DNA of 64,000 nt, taken from assembly GCA_964016885.1 (NCBI GenBank), contig OZ024742.1, forward strand, positions 24,242,001 to 24,306,000. Reading direction: 5' to 3'. Below are positions 28,401 through 41,500 of this stretch, piece by piece. The notes under the pieces were generated by a model, which saw only the letters and a list, made by a program, of their open reading frames with translations, was not told where the DNA came from and made no database searches. The stretch's first letter is position 1, and the number at the start of each line of letters is the position of its first letter. Origin of the DNA: Eledone cirrhosa (lineage: Eukaryota). A program made the position numbers and the translations under genes.

Positions 28401-29850
28401 TAGTGGCCATGTGGTTGGGGTGGGTTAGACATGGTTCAAGCCATGTAGTGGCCATGTGGTTGGGTGGGTTAGACATGATTGAAGCCATGTAATGGCCATG
28501 TGGTTGGGGTGGGTTAGACATGATTGAAGCCATGTAATGGCCATGTGGTTGGGGTGGGTTAGACATGATTGAAGCCATGTAGTAGCCATGTGGTTGGGGT
28601 GGGTTAGACATGATTGAAGCCATGTAGTGGCCATGTGGTTGGGGTGGGTTAGACATGGTTGAAGCTATGTAGTGGCCGTGTGGTTGGGGTGGGTTAGACA
28701 TGATTGAAGCCATGTAGTGGCCATGTGGTTGGGGTGGGTTAGACATGATTGAAGCCATGTAGTGGCCATGTGGTTGGAGTGGGTTAGACATGATTGAAGC
28801 CATGTAATGACCATGTGGTTGGGGTGGGTTAGACATGATTGAAGCCATGTAGTGGCCGTGTGGTTGGAGTGGGTTAGACATGATTGAAGCTATGTAGTGG
28901 CCATGTGGTTGGGGTGGGTTAGACATGATTGAAGCCATGTAATGGCCATGTGGTTGGGGTGGGTTAGACATGATTGAAGCCATGTAATGGCCGTGTGGTT
29001 GGAGTGGGTTAGACATGATTGAAGCCATGTAGTGGCCGTGTGGTTGGGGTGGGTTAGACATGATTGAAGCCATGTAAAGGCCATGTGGTTGGGGTGGGTT
29101 AGACATGATTGAAGCCATGTAATGGCCATGTGGTTGGGGTGGGTTAGACATGATTGAAGCCATGTAGTGGCCGTGTGGTTGGGGTGGGTTAGACATGATT
29201 GAAGCCATGTAGTGGCCATGTGGTTGGAGTGGGTTAGACATGATTGAAGCCATGTAATGGCCGTGTGGGTGGGGTGGGTTAGACATGATTGAAGCCATGT
29301 AATGGCCGTGTGGTTGGAGTGGGTTAAACATTATTGAAGCCATGTAGTGGCCATGTGGTTGGGGTGGGTTAGACATTATTGAAGCCATGTAGTGGCCATG
29401 TGGTTGGGGTGGGTTAGACATGATTGAAGCCATGTAGTGGCCATGTGGTTGGGGTGGGTTAGACATGATTGAAGCTATGTAGTGGCCGTGTGGTTGGGGT
29501 GGGTTAGACATGATTGAAGCCATGTAGTGGCCATGTGGTTGGGGTGGGTTCTACATTGTAGCTATGTAGTGGCCGTGTGGTGGCTGTGTGGTTGGGGTAG
29601 GTTATACATTGAAGCTGTGTAGTATGTGTGCGGTTGGGGTAGCTTCGACACGATTGTTGCTGTGTTAGTGTCTGTGTGTTTGGGGTGGGTTAGACATGAT
29701 TGAAGCTGTGTAGTGGCTGTGTGGTTGGGGTAGGTTCGACCCGATTGTGGCCGTGTAGTGGCTGTGTAGTGGCTGTGTGGTTGGGTTAGGTTCGACCCGA
29801 TTGTGGCCGTGTAGTGGCTGTGTAGTGACTGTGTGGTTGGGGTAAGTTAA
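25497..29850. repeat. 45-bp G-rich tandem minisatellite (~90 copies plus degenerate right edge)
   Basis: Monomer GTGGTTGGGGTGGGTTAGACATGATTGAAGCCATGTAGTGGCCAT. It contains a 1031-bp internal duplication and degenerates from ~29550. Confidence 0.98.
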
Positions 29851-30366
29851 ACATCGTTGACAGGTATTTCATTTCTAAGAGATAATATAGTCAGAATTTG
29901 TTACAACAACCACCATCATTTGGAATAAATTTACAAGTTGAAATAAAGACTTTCAGGTGTCCAAGCACAGCAAAATTCTAAGACAGGGTAAAATTGAAAA
30001 TCCTTATATTCCTTCCCTTTCATTCATCTTACATTTCAGCATTTCAACACACCTTCCATCATAACTCCTCACATGATACTCTTCTTTATAACTAATAATT
30101 TGATATGTGCTAGCAAGTGCACCAATGGAATAATCTTTTTTTTTTCCAATCCTGGTAAGCTACTATAGAAGTAGTTGATAGCTTTTGTTACCTAAGTGAT
30201 TAAATGAGCAGTGGATGAGGTTGCTCTGAGAGCATGATAGCAAGAATAGAACTGCATTGTTTTGAGGGGGGAAGGTTCAGTGAATTACTACAACTATTGT
30301 CAACAGAGATTTTATCTGTGAGTGAAAGCCAGGTTGTATCATCTATGTTTGCAAAGTGTTGTGAAA

Positions 30367-30662
30367 CATGGTAGTGAGACTTGGGCAGTGAATGCAGAAG
30401 ATATGAGAAGACTAGACAGAAATGAATCATGCATACTCCAATCGATATGTAATATTTGTGTGCATGGAAGAGCTGAAAGAAACTTTGGACATTAGAAGAA
30501 ACATATGTAGTGACTATGAGAGTTGATTGCACTGGTATGGAGATGTGATGCATCTGAATGAGAAGTTACAAGAGATCCCACTAGAAAGAAGTTGTAAAAG
30601 AGAAAGACTAAGGAAAACCTGAGCTGAAGTGGTTAGAGCTGATCTCAAATTGATGAATCTCA
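30367..30662 (+). mobile_element. Degenerate 3' fragment of an RTE-clade LINE
   Basis: Translates to HGSETWAVNAEDMRRLDRNE ... LHWYGDVMHLNE ... RLRKT*AEVVRADLKLMNL, the conserved RTE C-terminus. Same family as 52860-53225. Confidence 0.8.
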
Positions 30663-31003
30663 GAAAATATCTAAAAATGGTTTTCTTAATTCAAATGTTT
30701 ATATTGCCTTTACTAGTGGTGATATTGTGAAAATGTTCAATATTAGAGTATATACTTTACATTTTCAGTTGATGCAGTCATAGTGTTGTTTTTTGTTTAT
30801 TTAACTTTTGAAGGATATCTTATTAAGGTGGTTTCATGTGGTACAGGATGTTAAGAGTTAAAGAATCGATACAAATCAGAATTTATGTGAGATGTTGGTG
30901 AAGAATTACAACTATTACACTAACTGGCTAAAGAAAAAAAAATAAAGGAAAAGAAATCGTGATATTTGGTAAAATACGGAAATTGCAATAAATGGCACCG
31001 TAC

Positions 31004-31050
31004 CTGCACAACTGAGGAATCTACTGCAAACCAGTTATTTATTCTTATTT
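31004..31050 (-). CDS. Candidate 47-nt internal exon of an unidentified host gene
   Basis: Minus strand has acceptor ATTTCTTTCAACAG and donor CAG|GTACGG around an open frame (x)IRINNWFAVDSSVVQ ending in phase 0. Confidence 0.4.
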
Positions 31051-31369
31051 CTGTTGAAAGAAATTCCTGCAGCTATTTAGAAAATAGAGCATTATGTTGG
31101 GAAATATATTAATGTCTGAATTTTTTGATATTAGAATGAAATAAGAGTGACAGAGAGAACTAGATGTACATATGAACTGCTTATTGACATATAATGAAAA
31201 TAACTATCTTCGCCAATGCTATTAATATCGGTTATAGCATTAAATTGCCTACTGTTAAAGTACATGTTTAGAAAATTTAAAATAAAATATATTTATTACT
31301 TTTTCCCCTATTGACTATTACAGATCACCTCAATATGAACTGACTTGTGTGAAACTGTGATATGGATTT

Positions 31370-31492
31370 ACACACATATGCATACACATACACATGCATA
31401 GAAACACACACAAGCTTACACACATGCACAGACACAAGCATACACACACAGGCATACAAACACACATGCATACATACACACTGCATACACAG
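31370..31492. repeat. Degenerate (CA)n/(CATA)n microsatellite
   Basis: Interrupted CA-rich tract. Confidence 0.85.
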
Positions 31493-31859
31493 TGTCAGCC
31501 ATTTAAATTGGTTTTTAACAAGTTGGTTTTGATTTCTGAATGAAGTCATTTTTATCCATATCTTAATGTACTTAGAGAAATCTCATACACCATAAATACC
31601 ATTTATTTCTCTCCTAAAACGTGTGTTCTTCACTGAAATATCCCCTGTGTCATGACCTCTACAGGCCACCATCTGATCTGGTCAGTCAGTCTTATGTAGA
31701 TAAATGATCTGTATTGTGTAGTAGATTTTACTCAAGCTTTCTAGAGGAGATTGGCTAATGAAGGCTAAACAAATGTCTTGCTTTGAAGAAAAACATGATC
31801 TTTGTGGTATAGGTTTAGTAATGCTAAATATTTGAGAGTAGATTGAAAGAGATGAGGTT

Positions 31860-32325
31860 ATAACACAAATATGGAGAGATCTGGGGTTATAACATATTAT
31901 ACCAGCAAATATGGAGAGCTCTGGAGTTATAAGGAATAGTGATATACCCACAAATATGGAAAGATCTGGGGTTATAAAACATTATACCCACACATATGGA
32001 GAGAACTGGCTTATAACTCACATTATACCCACAAATATGGACAGCTCTAGGATTATAAGGAATAGTGATATACCCACAAATCTGGAGAGATCTGGGGTTA
32101 TAAGGAATAGTGTTGTACCCACAAATATGGAGAGATATGGGGTTATAAAACATTATACCCTCAAATATGGAGAGATCTGGGGTTATAACAACATTATTCT
32201 CTCAAATATGGAGAGATCTGGGGTTATAACAACATTATACCCTCAAATATGGAGAGATCTTGGGTTGTAACACATTATACTCTCAAATATGGAGGGATCT
32301 GAGGTTAAAAGGAATAGTGGTAAAT
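31860..32325. repeat. Compound 40-45-bp minisatellite (~11 units, two linker types)
   Basis: Core CCCACAAATATGGAGAGATCTGGGGTTATAA is followed by either GGAATAGTGATATA or a (C)AACATTATA-type linker. Confidence 0.9.
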
Positions 32326-32575
32326 CCAAATATATTGAAAGAATAGAAGAGATTAGAAGATATGCACATGTGTTATGCTGAAGGCATAATTACATCTTCA
32401 AGAAGATACTTCACATTCTTTCACGTTCGGTGAACATAATCTTGGCAATAAACATGTATTGTAGCAAATTCAGTGATTATTCATCAATACTTTAATATGG
32501 AAGCTACCATGTATTCTATCAGATTCTTTGAAGCTTTAGTTCTGTGTAGTTTAAGTGCAGGTAGACTAAACATAA

Positions 32576-35500
32576 TGTGTAGTGACAGTATGTTGGGTAA
32601 GGTGACAAATTATGTCTTGGTGTGTAGTGATGGTGAAAACTGTATCTTGGTGTGTAGTGATGGTGACAAACTATATGTTGGTGTGTAGTGATGGTGACAA
32701 ACTATATCTTGGTGTGTAGTGATGGTGACAAACTATGTCTTGGTGTGTAGTGATGGTGACAAACTATATCTTGGTGAGTAGTGATGGTGACAAACGCCGC
32801 ATCATTGAGAGGTACAACAAATTCCAGAGATCCCTTGCCATCAGCTTCATCGATTTCTCCAAAGCATTCGATAGCATTCATCGACCGTCACTCTGGAGCA
32901 TCATGCATGAGTATGGTCTGCCCCAGAAAGTCATTTCGGCAATCAAACAGATTTACGCAAACTCCAAGTGCTACATACGGACAGAGGATGGTTACAGTGA
33001 CTGGTTTGAGGTGGTTACTGGCGTTCGTCAGGGTTGCTCGCTCTCTCCAATTCTCTTTGCCATAGCCATTGACTGGGTATAAGAAGAGTGTCTAAAGACC
33101 AGGGTATATCTTGGGTGGGAGAGCAAAATTTGTCTGACCTGGACTTTGCGGACGATATTGTTGCACTTGCAGAGAGCACAGCTGACCTGCAAATCATTGT
33201 GAACAATATCAATGTTGAAGCAGAAAGCGTAGGTCTCAATATCAGTGCCAAGAAAACCAAAAGCATGTTATCTGGGACACACCCATCACCAACTAGTGTC
33301 TTCATTGGACAGGGGGAGGTGGAGATAGTGAACAACTTCACATACCTAGGCCGCTCAATTAACAATGAGGGCGTCATGGACAGTGAAGTGCAATGTAGAA
33401 TGGGAAAGACTTCAGCAGCATTTAACCAGCTTGACAAGATCTGGAAGAGCAGGAAGTTCACCCTCAAAACAAAGATGAGATTCTACAACAGCAACGTGCT
33501 CTCCACACTCTTGTACGGAAGTGAAACATGCCACCTTTAGACCAGCCAAGAGAAGAAGTTGGACGCATTTGATTCCAGGTGTCTGCGAAAGATCCTAGGG
33601 ATTAAATGGAGTGACCATGTAACAAACCAGGAAGACAGGAGCCGCACCAACCAGCATCTAGTCTCTTCTACCATCTACAAGCGACGCCTGGCTTGGTTGG
33701 ACACGCTTTGAGACTTCCCCCGGAGAGACTGGCGAACCAAGTACTTAAATGGAGCCCACAGGGAAACAGACGGAGAGGGCGATCCAATATGAACTGGCGC
33801 CAGACAGTTGAGAGAGACCTGCAGGCGACAAACAGACAATGGTGGGACGCTGTGCAACTGGCTGCTGACCGAACGCGATGGAACACTATGATTGACTCAT
33901 GCGTCGCAAGACGCGCGAGCTTCTGAATCTGAGTGAGTGATGGTGACAAACTATGTCTTGGTGTGTAGTGATGGTGACAAACTATTTCTTGGTGTGTAGT
34001 GATGGTGACAAACTATATCTTGGTGTGTAGTGATGGTGACAAACTGTGTCTTGATGTGTAGTGATGGTGACAAACTATATCTTGGTGTGTAGTGATGGTG
34101 ACAAACTATATCTTGGTGTGTAGTGATGGTGACAAACTATTTCTTGGTGTGTAGTGATGGTGACAAACTATATCTTGGTGTGTAGTGATGGTGACAAACT
34201 ATGTCTTGGTGTGTAGTGATGGTGACAAACTATGTCTTGGTGTGTAGTGATGGAGACAAACTATATCTTGGTGTGTAGTGATGGTGACAAACTATATTTT
34301 GGTGTGTAGTGATGGTGACAAACTATATCTTGGTGTGTAGTGATGGTGACAAACTATATCTTGGAGTGTAGTGATGGAGACAAAATATATCCTGGTGTGT
34401 AGTGATGGTGACAAACTATGTCTTGATGTGTAGTGATGGTTACAAACTATATCTTGGTGTGTAGTGATGGAGACAAACTATGTCTTGGTGTGTAGTGATG
34501 GTGACAAACTATGTCTTGGTGTATAGTTTTGGAGACAAACTATATCCTGGTGTGTAGTTATGGTGTCAAACTATATCTTGGTGTGTAGTGATGGTGACAA
34601 ACTATATCCTGGTGTGTAGTTATGGTGACAAACTATGACTTGATATGTGTAGTGATGGTGACAAACTATGACTTGATATGTGTAGTGATGGTGACAAACT
34701 ATATCTTGGTGTGTAGTGATGGTGACAAACTATATCTTGGTGTGTAGTGATGGTGACTAACTATATCTTGGTGTGTAGTGGTGGTGACAAACTATATCCT
34801 GGTGTGTAGTGATGGTGACTAACTATATCTTGGTGTGTAGTGATGGTGACAAAGTATGTCTTGGTGTGTGGTGATGGTGACAAAATATATCTTGATATGT
34901 GTAGAGATGGTGACTAACTATGTCTTGGTGTGTAGTGACGGTGACATACTATGTCTTCGTGTGTAGTGATGGTGACAAACTATGTCTTGGTGTGTAGTGA
35001 TGGTGACAAAATATGTCTTGTTGTGTAGTGATGGTGACAAACTATGTCTTGGTGTGTAGTGATGTTGACAAACTATAGTTGGTGTGTAGTTATGGTGACA
35101 AACTATATCTTTGTCTGTAGTGATGGTGACAAACTATAACTTGGTGTGTAGTGATGGTGACAAACTATGTCTTGGTGTGTAGTGATGGTGACAACTATGT
35201 CATGGTGTGAAGTGATGGTGACAAACTATGTCTTGGTGTGTATTGATGGTGACAAACTATGTCTTGGTGTGTAGTGATGGTGACAAACTATGTCTTGGTG
35301 TGTAGTGATGGTGACAAACTATATCCTGGTGTGTAGTGATGGTGACAAACTATGTCTTGGTATGTAGTGATGGTGACAAACTATGTTTTGGTGTGTAGTG
35401 ATGGTGACAAACTATTTCTTGGTCTGTAGTGATGGTGACAAACTATGTCTTGGTGTGTAGTGATGGTGACAAACTATGTCTTGATGTGTAGTGATGGTGA

Positions 35501-38500
35501 CAAACTATGTCTTGGTGTGTAGTGATGGTGACAAACTATGTCTTGGTGTGTAGTGATGGTGACAAACTATATCTTGGTGTGTAGTGATGGTGACAAACTA
35601 TGTCTTGGTGTGTAGTGATGGTGACAAACTATATCCTGGTGTGTAGTGATGGTGACAAACTATGTCTTGGTTTGTAGTGATGGTGACAAACTATGTCTTG
35701 GTGTGTAGTGATGGTGATGAACTATGTCTTGGTGTGTAGTGATGGTGACAAACTATATCTTTGTGTGTAGTGATGGTGACAAACTATGTCTTGGTGTATA
35801 GTGATGGTGACAAACTATATCTTGGTGTGTAGTGGCGGTGACAAACTATGTCTTGGTGTGTAGTGATGGTGACAAACTATATCCTGGTGTGTAGTGATGG
35901 TGACAAACTATATCCTGGTGTGTAGTGATGGTGACAAACTATGTCTTGGTGTGTAGTGATGGTGACAAACTATGTCTTGGTGTGTAGTGATGGTGACAAA
36001 CTATATCCTGGTGTGTAGTGATGGTGACAAACTATGTCTTGGTGTGTAGTGATGGTGACAAACTATGTCTTGTTGTGTAGTGATGGAGACAAACTATATC
36101 TTGGTGTGTAGTGATGGTGACAAACTATGTCTTGGTGTGTAGTGATGGAGACAAACTATATCTTGGTGTGTAGTGATGGTGAGAAACCATGTCTTCATGT
36201 GTAGTGATGGTGACAAACTATATCTTGGTGTGTAGTGACGGTGACAAACTATGTCTTGATGTGTAGTGATGGTGACAAACTATATCCTGGTGTGTAGTTA
36301 TGGTGACAAACTATATCTTGGTGTGTAGTGATGGTGACAAAGTATGTCTTGGTGTGTAGTGATGGTGACAAACTATGTCTTGGTGTGTAGTGATGGTGAC
36401 AAACTATGTCTTGGTGTGTAGTGATGGTGACAAACTATAGTTGGTGTGTAGTTATGGTGACAAACTATATCTTGGTGTGTAGTGATGGTGACAAACTATG
36501 TCTTGGTGTGTAGTGATGGTGACAAACTATGTCTTGGTGTGTAGTGATGGTAATTAACTATATCTTGGTGTGTAGTGATGGTGACAAACTATATCCTGGT
36601 GTGTAGTGATGGTGACTAACTATATCTTGGTGTGTAGTGATGGTGACAAAGTATGTCTTGGTGTGTAGTGATGGTGACAAACTATGTCTTGGTGTGTAGT
36701 GATGGTGACAAACTATGTCTTGGTGTGTAGTGATGGTGACAAACTATAGTTGGTGTGTAGTTATGGTGACAAACTATATCTTGGTGTGTAGTGATGGTGA
36801 CAAACTATGTCTTGGTGTGTAGTGATGGTGACAAACTATGTCTTGGTGTGTAATGCTGGCGACAAACTATGTCTTGGTGTGTAGTGATGGTGACAAACTA
36901 TATCTTGGTGTGTAGTGATGGTGACAAACTATGTCTTGGTGTGTAGTGATGGTGACAAACTATATCCTGGTGTGTAGTGATGGTGACAAACTATGTCTTG
37001 GTTTGTAGTGATGGTGACAACCTATGTCTTGGTGTGTAGTGACGGTGACATACTATGTCTTCGTGTGTAGTGATGGTGACAAACTATGTCTTGGTGTGTA
37101 GTGATGGTGACAAACTATGTCTTGTTGTGTAGTGATGGTGACAAACTATGTCTTAGTGTGTAGTGATGGTGACAAACTATAGTTGGTGTGTAGTTATGGT
37201 GACAAACTATATCTTTCTGTGTAGTGATGGTGACAAACTATAACTTGGTGTGTAGTGATGGTGACAAACTATGTCTTGGTGTGTAGTGATGGTGACAAAC
37301 TATGTCATGGTGTGTAGTGATGGTGACAAACTATGTCTTGGTGTGTATTGATGGTGACAAACTATGTCTTGGTGTGTAGTGATGGTGACAAACTATATCT
37401 TGGTGTGTCGTGATGGTGACAAACTATATCTTGGTGTGTAGTGATGGTGAGAAACTATGTTTTGATGTGTAGTGATGGTGACAAACTATATCTTGGTGTG
37501 TAGTGACGGTGACAAACTATGTCTTGATGTGTAGTGATGGTGACAAACTATATCCTGGTGTGTAGTTATGGTGACAAACTATGACTTGATATGTGTAGTG
37601 ATGGTGACAAACTATGTCTTGGTGTGTAGTGATGGAGACAAACTATATCTTGGTGTGTAGTGATGGTGACAGACTATGTCTTGGTGTGTAGTGATGGAGA
37701 CAAACTATGTCTTGGTGTGTATTGATGGTGAATAACTATGTCTTGGTGTGTAGTGATGGTGACAAACTATGTCTTGGTGTGTAGTGATGGAGACAAACTA
37801 TATCTTGATGTGTAGTGATGGTGACAAACTATATCTTGGAGTGTAGTGATGGTGACAAACTATGTCTTGGTGTGTAGTGATGGAGACAAACTATATCTTG
37901 GTGTGTAGTGATGGTGACAAACTATATCTTGGAGTGTAGTGATGGTGACAAACTATGTCTTGGTGTGTAGTGATGGTGACAAACTATGTCTTGGTGTGTA
38001 GTGATGGGCACAAACTATGTCTTGGTGTGTAGTGATGGAGACAAACTATATCTTGGTGTGTAGTGATGGTGACAAACTATATCTTGGTGTGTAGTGATGG
38101 TGACAAACTATATCTTGGAGTGTAGTGATGGTGACAAACTATGTCTTGGTGTGTAGTGATGGAGACAAACTATATCTTGGTGTGTAGTGATGGTGACAGA
38201 CTATGTCTTGGTGTGTAGTGATGGAGACAAACTATGTCTTGGTGTGTATTGATGGTGAATAACTATGTCTTGGTGTGTAGTGATGGTGACAAACTATGTC
38301 TTGGTGTGTAGTGATGGAGACAAACTATATCTTGATGTGTAGTGATGGTGACAAACTATATCTTGGAGTGTAGTGATGGTGACAAACTATGTCTTGGTGT
38401 GTAGTGATGGAGACAAACTATATCTTGGTGTGTAGTGATGGTGACAAACTATATCTTGGAGTGTAGTGATGGTGACAAACTATGTCTTGGTGTGTAGTGA

Positions 38501-41500
38501 TGGTGACAAACTATGTCTTGGTGTGTAGTGATGGGCACAAACTATATCTTGGTGTGTAGTTATGGTGTCAAACTATATCTTGGTGTGTAGTGATGGTGAC
38601 AAACTATATCCTGGTGTGTAGTTATGGTGACAAACTATATCCTGGTGTGTAGTTATGGTGACAAACTATGACTTGATATGTGTAGTGATGGTGACAAACT
38701 ATGACTTGATATGTGTAGTGATGGTGACAAACTATGTCTTGGTGTGTAGTGACGGTGACATACTATGTCTTCGTGTGTAGTGATGGTGACAAACTATGTC
38801 TTGGTGTGTAGTAATGCTGACAAACTATATCTTGGTGTGTAGTGATGGTGACAAACTATGTCTTGTTGTGTAGTGATGGTGACAAACTATGTCTTGGTGT
38901 GTAGTGATAGCGACAAACTATATCTTGGTGTGTAGTGATGGTGAGAAACTATGTCTTGATGTGTAGTGATGGTGACAAACTATATCTTGATGTGTAGTGA
39001 TGGTGACAAACTATGTCTTGATGTGTAGTGATGGTGACAAACTATATCTTGGTGTGTAGTGATGGTGAGAAACTATGTCTTGATGTGTAGTGATGGTGAC
39101 AAACTATATCTTGGTGTGTAGTGACGGTGACAAACTATGTCTTGAAAGTGTAGTGATGGTGACAAACTATGTCTTGGTGTGTAGTTATGGTGACAAACTA
39201 TGACTTGATATGTGTAGTGATGGTGACAAACTATGACTTGATATGTGTAATGATGGTGACAAACTATATCTTGGTGTGTAGTGATTGTGACAAACTATAT
39301 CTTGGTGTGTAGTGATGGTAATTAACTATATCTTGGTGTGTAGTGATGGTGACAAACTATATCCTGGTGTGTAGTGATGGTGACTAACTATATATTGGTG
39401 TGTAGTGATGGTGACAAAGTATGTCTTGGTGTGTAGTGATGGTGACAAAATATATCTTGATAGGTATAGTGATGGTGACTAACTATGTCTTGGTGTGTAG
39501 TGACGTTGACATACTATGTCTTGGTGTGTAGTGATGGTGACAAACTATGTCTTGGTGTGTAGTGATGGTGACAAACTATGTCTTGGTGTGTAGTGATGGT
39601 GACAAACTATAGTTGGTGTGTAGTTATGGTGATATCTTGGTGTGTAGTGATGGTGACAAACTATGTCTTGCTGTGTAGTGACGGTGACATACTATGTCTT
39701 CGTGTGTAGTGATGGTGACAAACTATGTCTTGGTGTGTAGTGATGGTGACAAACTATGTCTTGTTGTGTAGTGATGGTGACAAACTATGTCTTAGTGTGT
39801 AGTGATGGTGACAAACTATAGTTGGTGTGTAGTTATGGTGACAAACTATATCTTTGTGTGTAGTGATGGTGACAAACTATAACTTGGTGTGTAGTGATGG
39901 TGACAAACTATGTCTTGGTGTGTAGTGATGGTGAGAAACTATGTCTTGATGTGTAGTGATGGTGACAAACTATATCTTGGTGTGTAGTGACTGTGACAAA
40001 CTATGTCTTGATGTGTAGTGTTGGTGACAAACTATATCCTGGTTTGTAGTTATGGTGACAAACTATGACCTGATATGTGTAGTGATGGTGACAAACTATG
40101 TCTTGGTGTGTAGTGATGGTGACAAACTATATCTTGGTGTGTAGTGATGGTGAGAAACTATGTCTTGGTGTATAGTTTTGGAGACAAACTATATCCTGGT
40201 GTGTAGTGACTGTGACAAGCTATGTCTTGATGTGTAGTGTTGGTGACAAACTATATCCTGGTGTGTAGTTATGGTGTCAAACTATATCTTGGTGTGTAGT
40301 GATGGTGACAAACTATATCCTGGTGTGTAGTTATGGTGACAAACTATGACTTGATATGTGTAGTGATGGTGACAAACTATGTCTTGGTGTCTAGTGATTG
40401 AGACAAACTATATCTTGGTGTGTAGTGATGGTGACAAACTATGTCTTGATGTGTAGTGATGGTGACAAACTATATCCTGGTGTATAGTGATGGTGACAAA
40501 CTATGTCTTGATGTGTAGTGATGGTGACAAACTATGTCTTGGTGTGTAGTGATGGAGACAAACTATATCTTGGTGTGTAGTCATGGTGACAAACTATGTC
40601 TTGGTGTATAGTTTTGGAGACAATCTATATCCTGGTGTGTAGTTATGGTGACAAACTATGACTTGATATGTGTGGTGATGGTGACAAATTATGACTTGAT
40701 ATGTGTAGTGATGGTGACAAACTATGTCTTGATGTGTAGTGATGGTGACAAACTATATCCTGGTGTGTAGTGATGGTGACTTACTATATCTTGGTGTGTA
40801 GTGATGGTGACAAAGTATGTCTTGGTGTGTGGTAATGGTGACAAAATATATCTTGATATGTGTAGTGATGGTGACTAACTATGTCTTGGTGTGTAGTGAT
40901 GGTGACAAACTATGTCTTGGTGTGTAGTGATGGTGACAAACTATGTCTTGTTGTGTAGTGATGGTGACAAACTATGTCTTGGTGTGTAGTGATGGTGACA
41001 AACTATAGTTGGTGTGTAGTTATGGTGACAAACTATATCTTTGTGTGTAGTGATGGTGACAAACTATAACTTGGTGTGTAGTGATGGTGACAAACTATGT
41101 CTTGGTGTGTAGTGATGGTAACAAACTATGTCATGGTGTGTAGTGATGGTGACGAACTATCTCTTGGTGTGTATTGATGGTGACAAACTATGTCTTGGTG
41201 TGTAGTGATGGTGACAAACTATGTCTTGGGGTGTAGTGATGGTGACAAACTATGTCTTGGTGTGTAGTGATGGTGACAAACTATGTCTTGGTCTGTAGTG
41301 ATGGTGACAAACTATGTCTTGGTGTGTAGTGATGGTGACAAACTATATCCTGGTGTGTAGTGATGGTGACTAACTATATCTTGGTGTGTAGTGATGGTGA
41401 CACAGTATGTCTTGGTGTGTGGTAATGGTGACAAAATATATCATGCTATGGGTAGTGATGGTGACTAACTATGTCTTGGTGTGTAGTGACGGTGACATAC

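Noticed and set aside
25430-29523. Long minus-strand ORFs (MASIMSNPPQPHGHY)n up to 395 aa
   Set aside because: Translation of a 45-bp repeat. Frequent 1-bp and multi-bp indels shift frames, and two frames are open simply from composition.
25497-29850. Telomeric repeat (GGGTTAG in each monomer)
   Set aside because: Only one partial motif per 45 bp and no (TTAGGG)n run.
31860-32325. CRISPR-like repeat/spacer appearance
   Set aside because: The spacers are short and recur in two types, there are no cas genes, and the context is eukaryotic.
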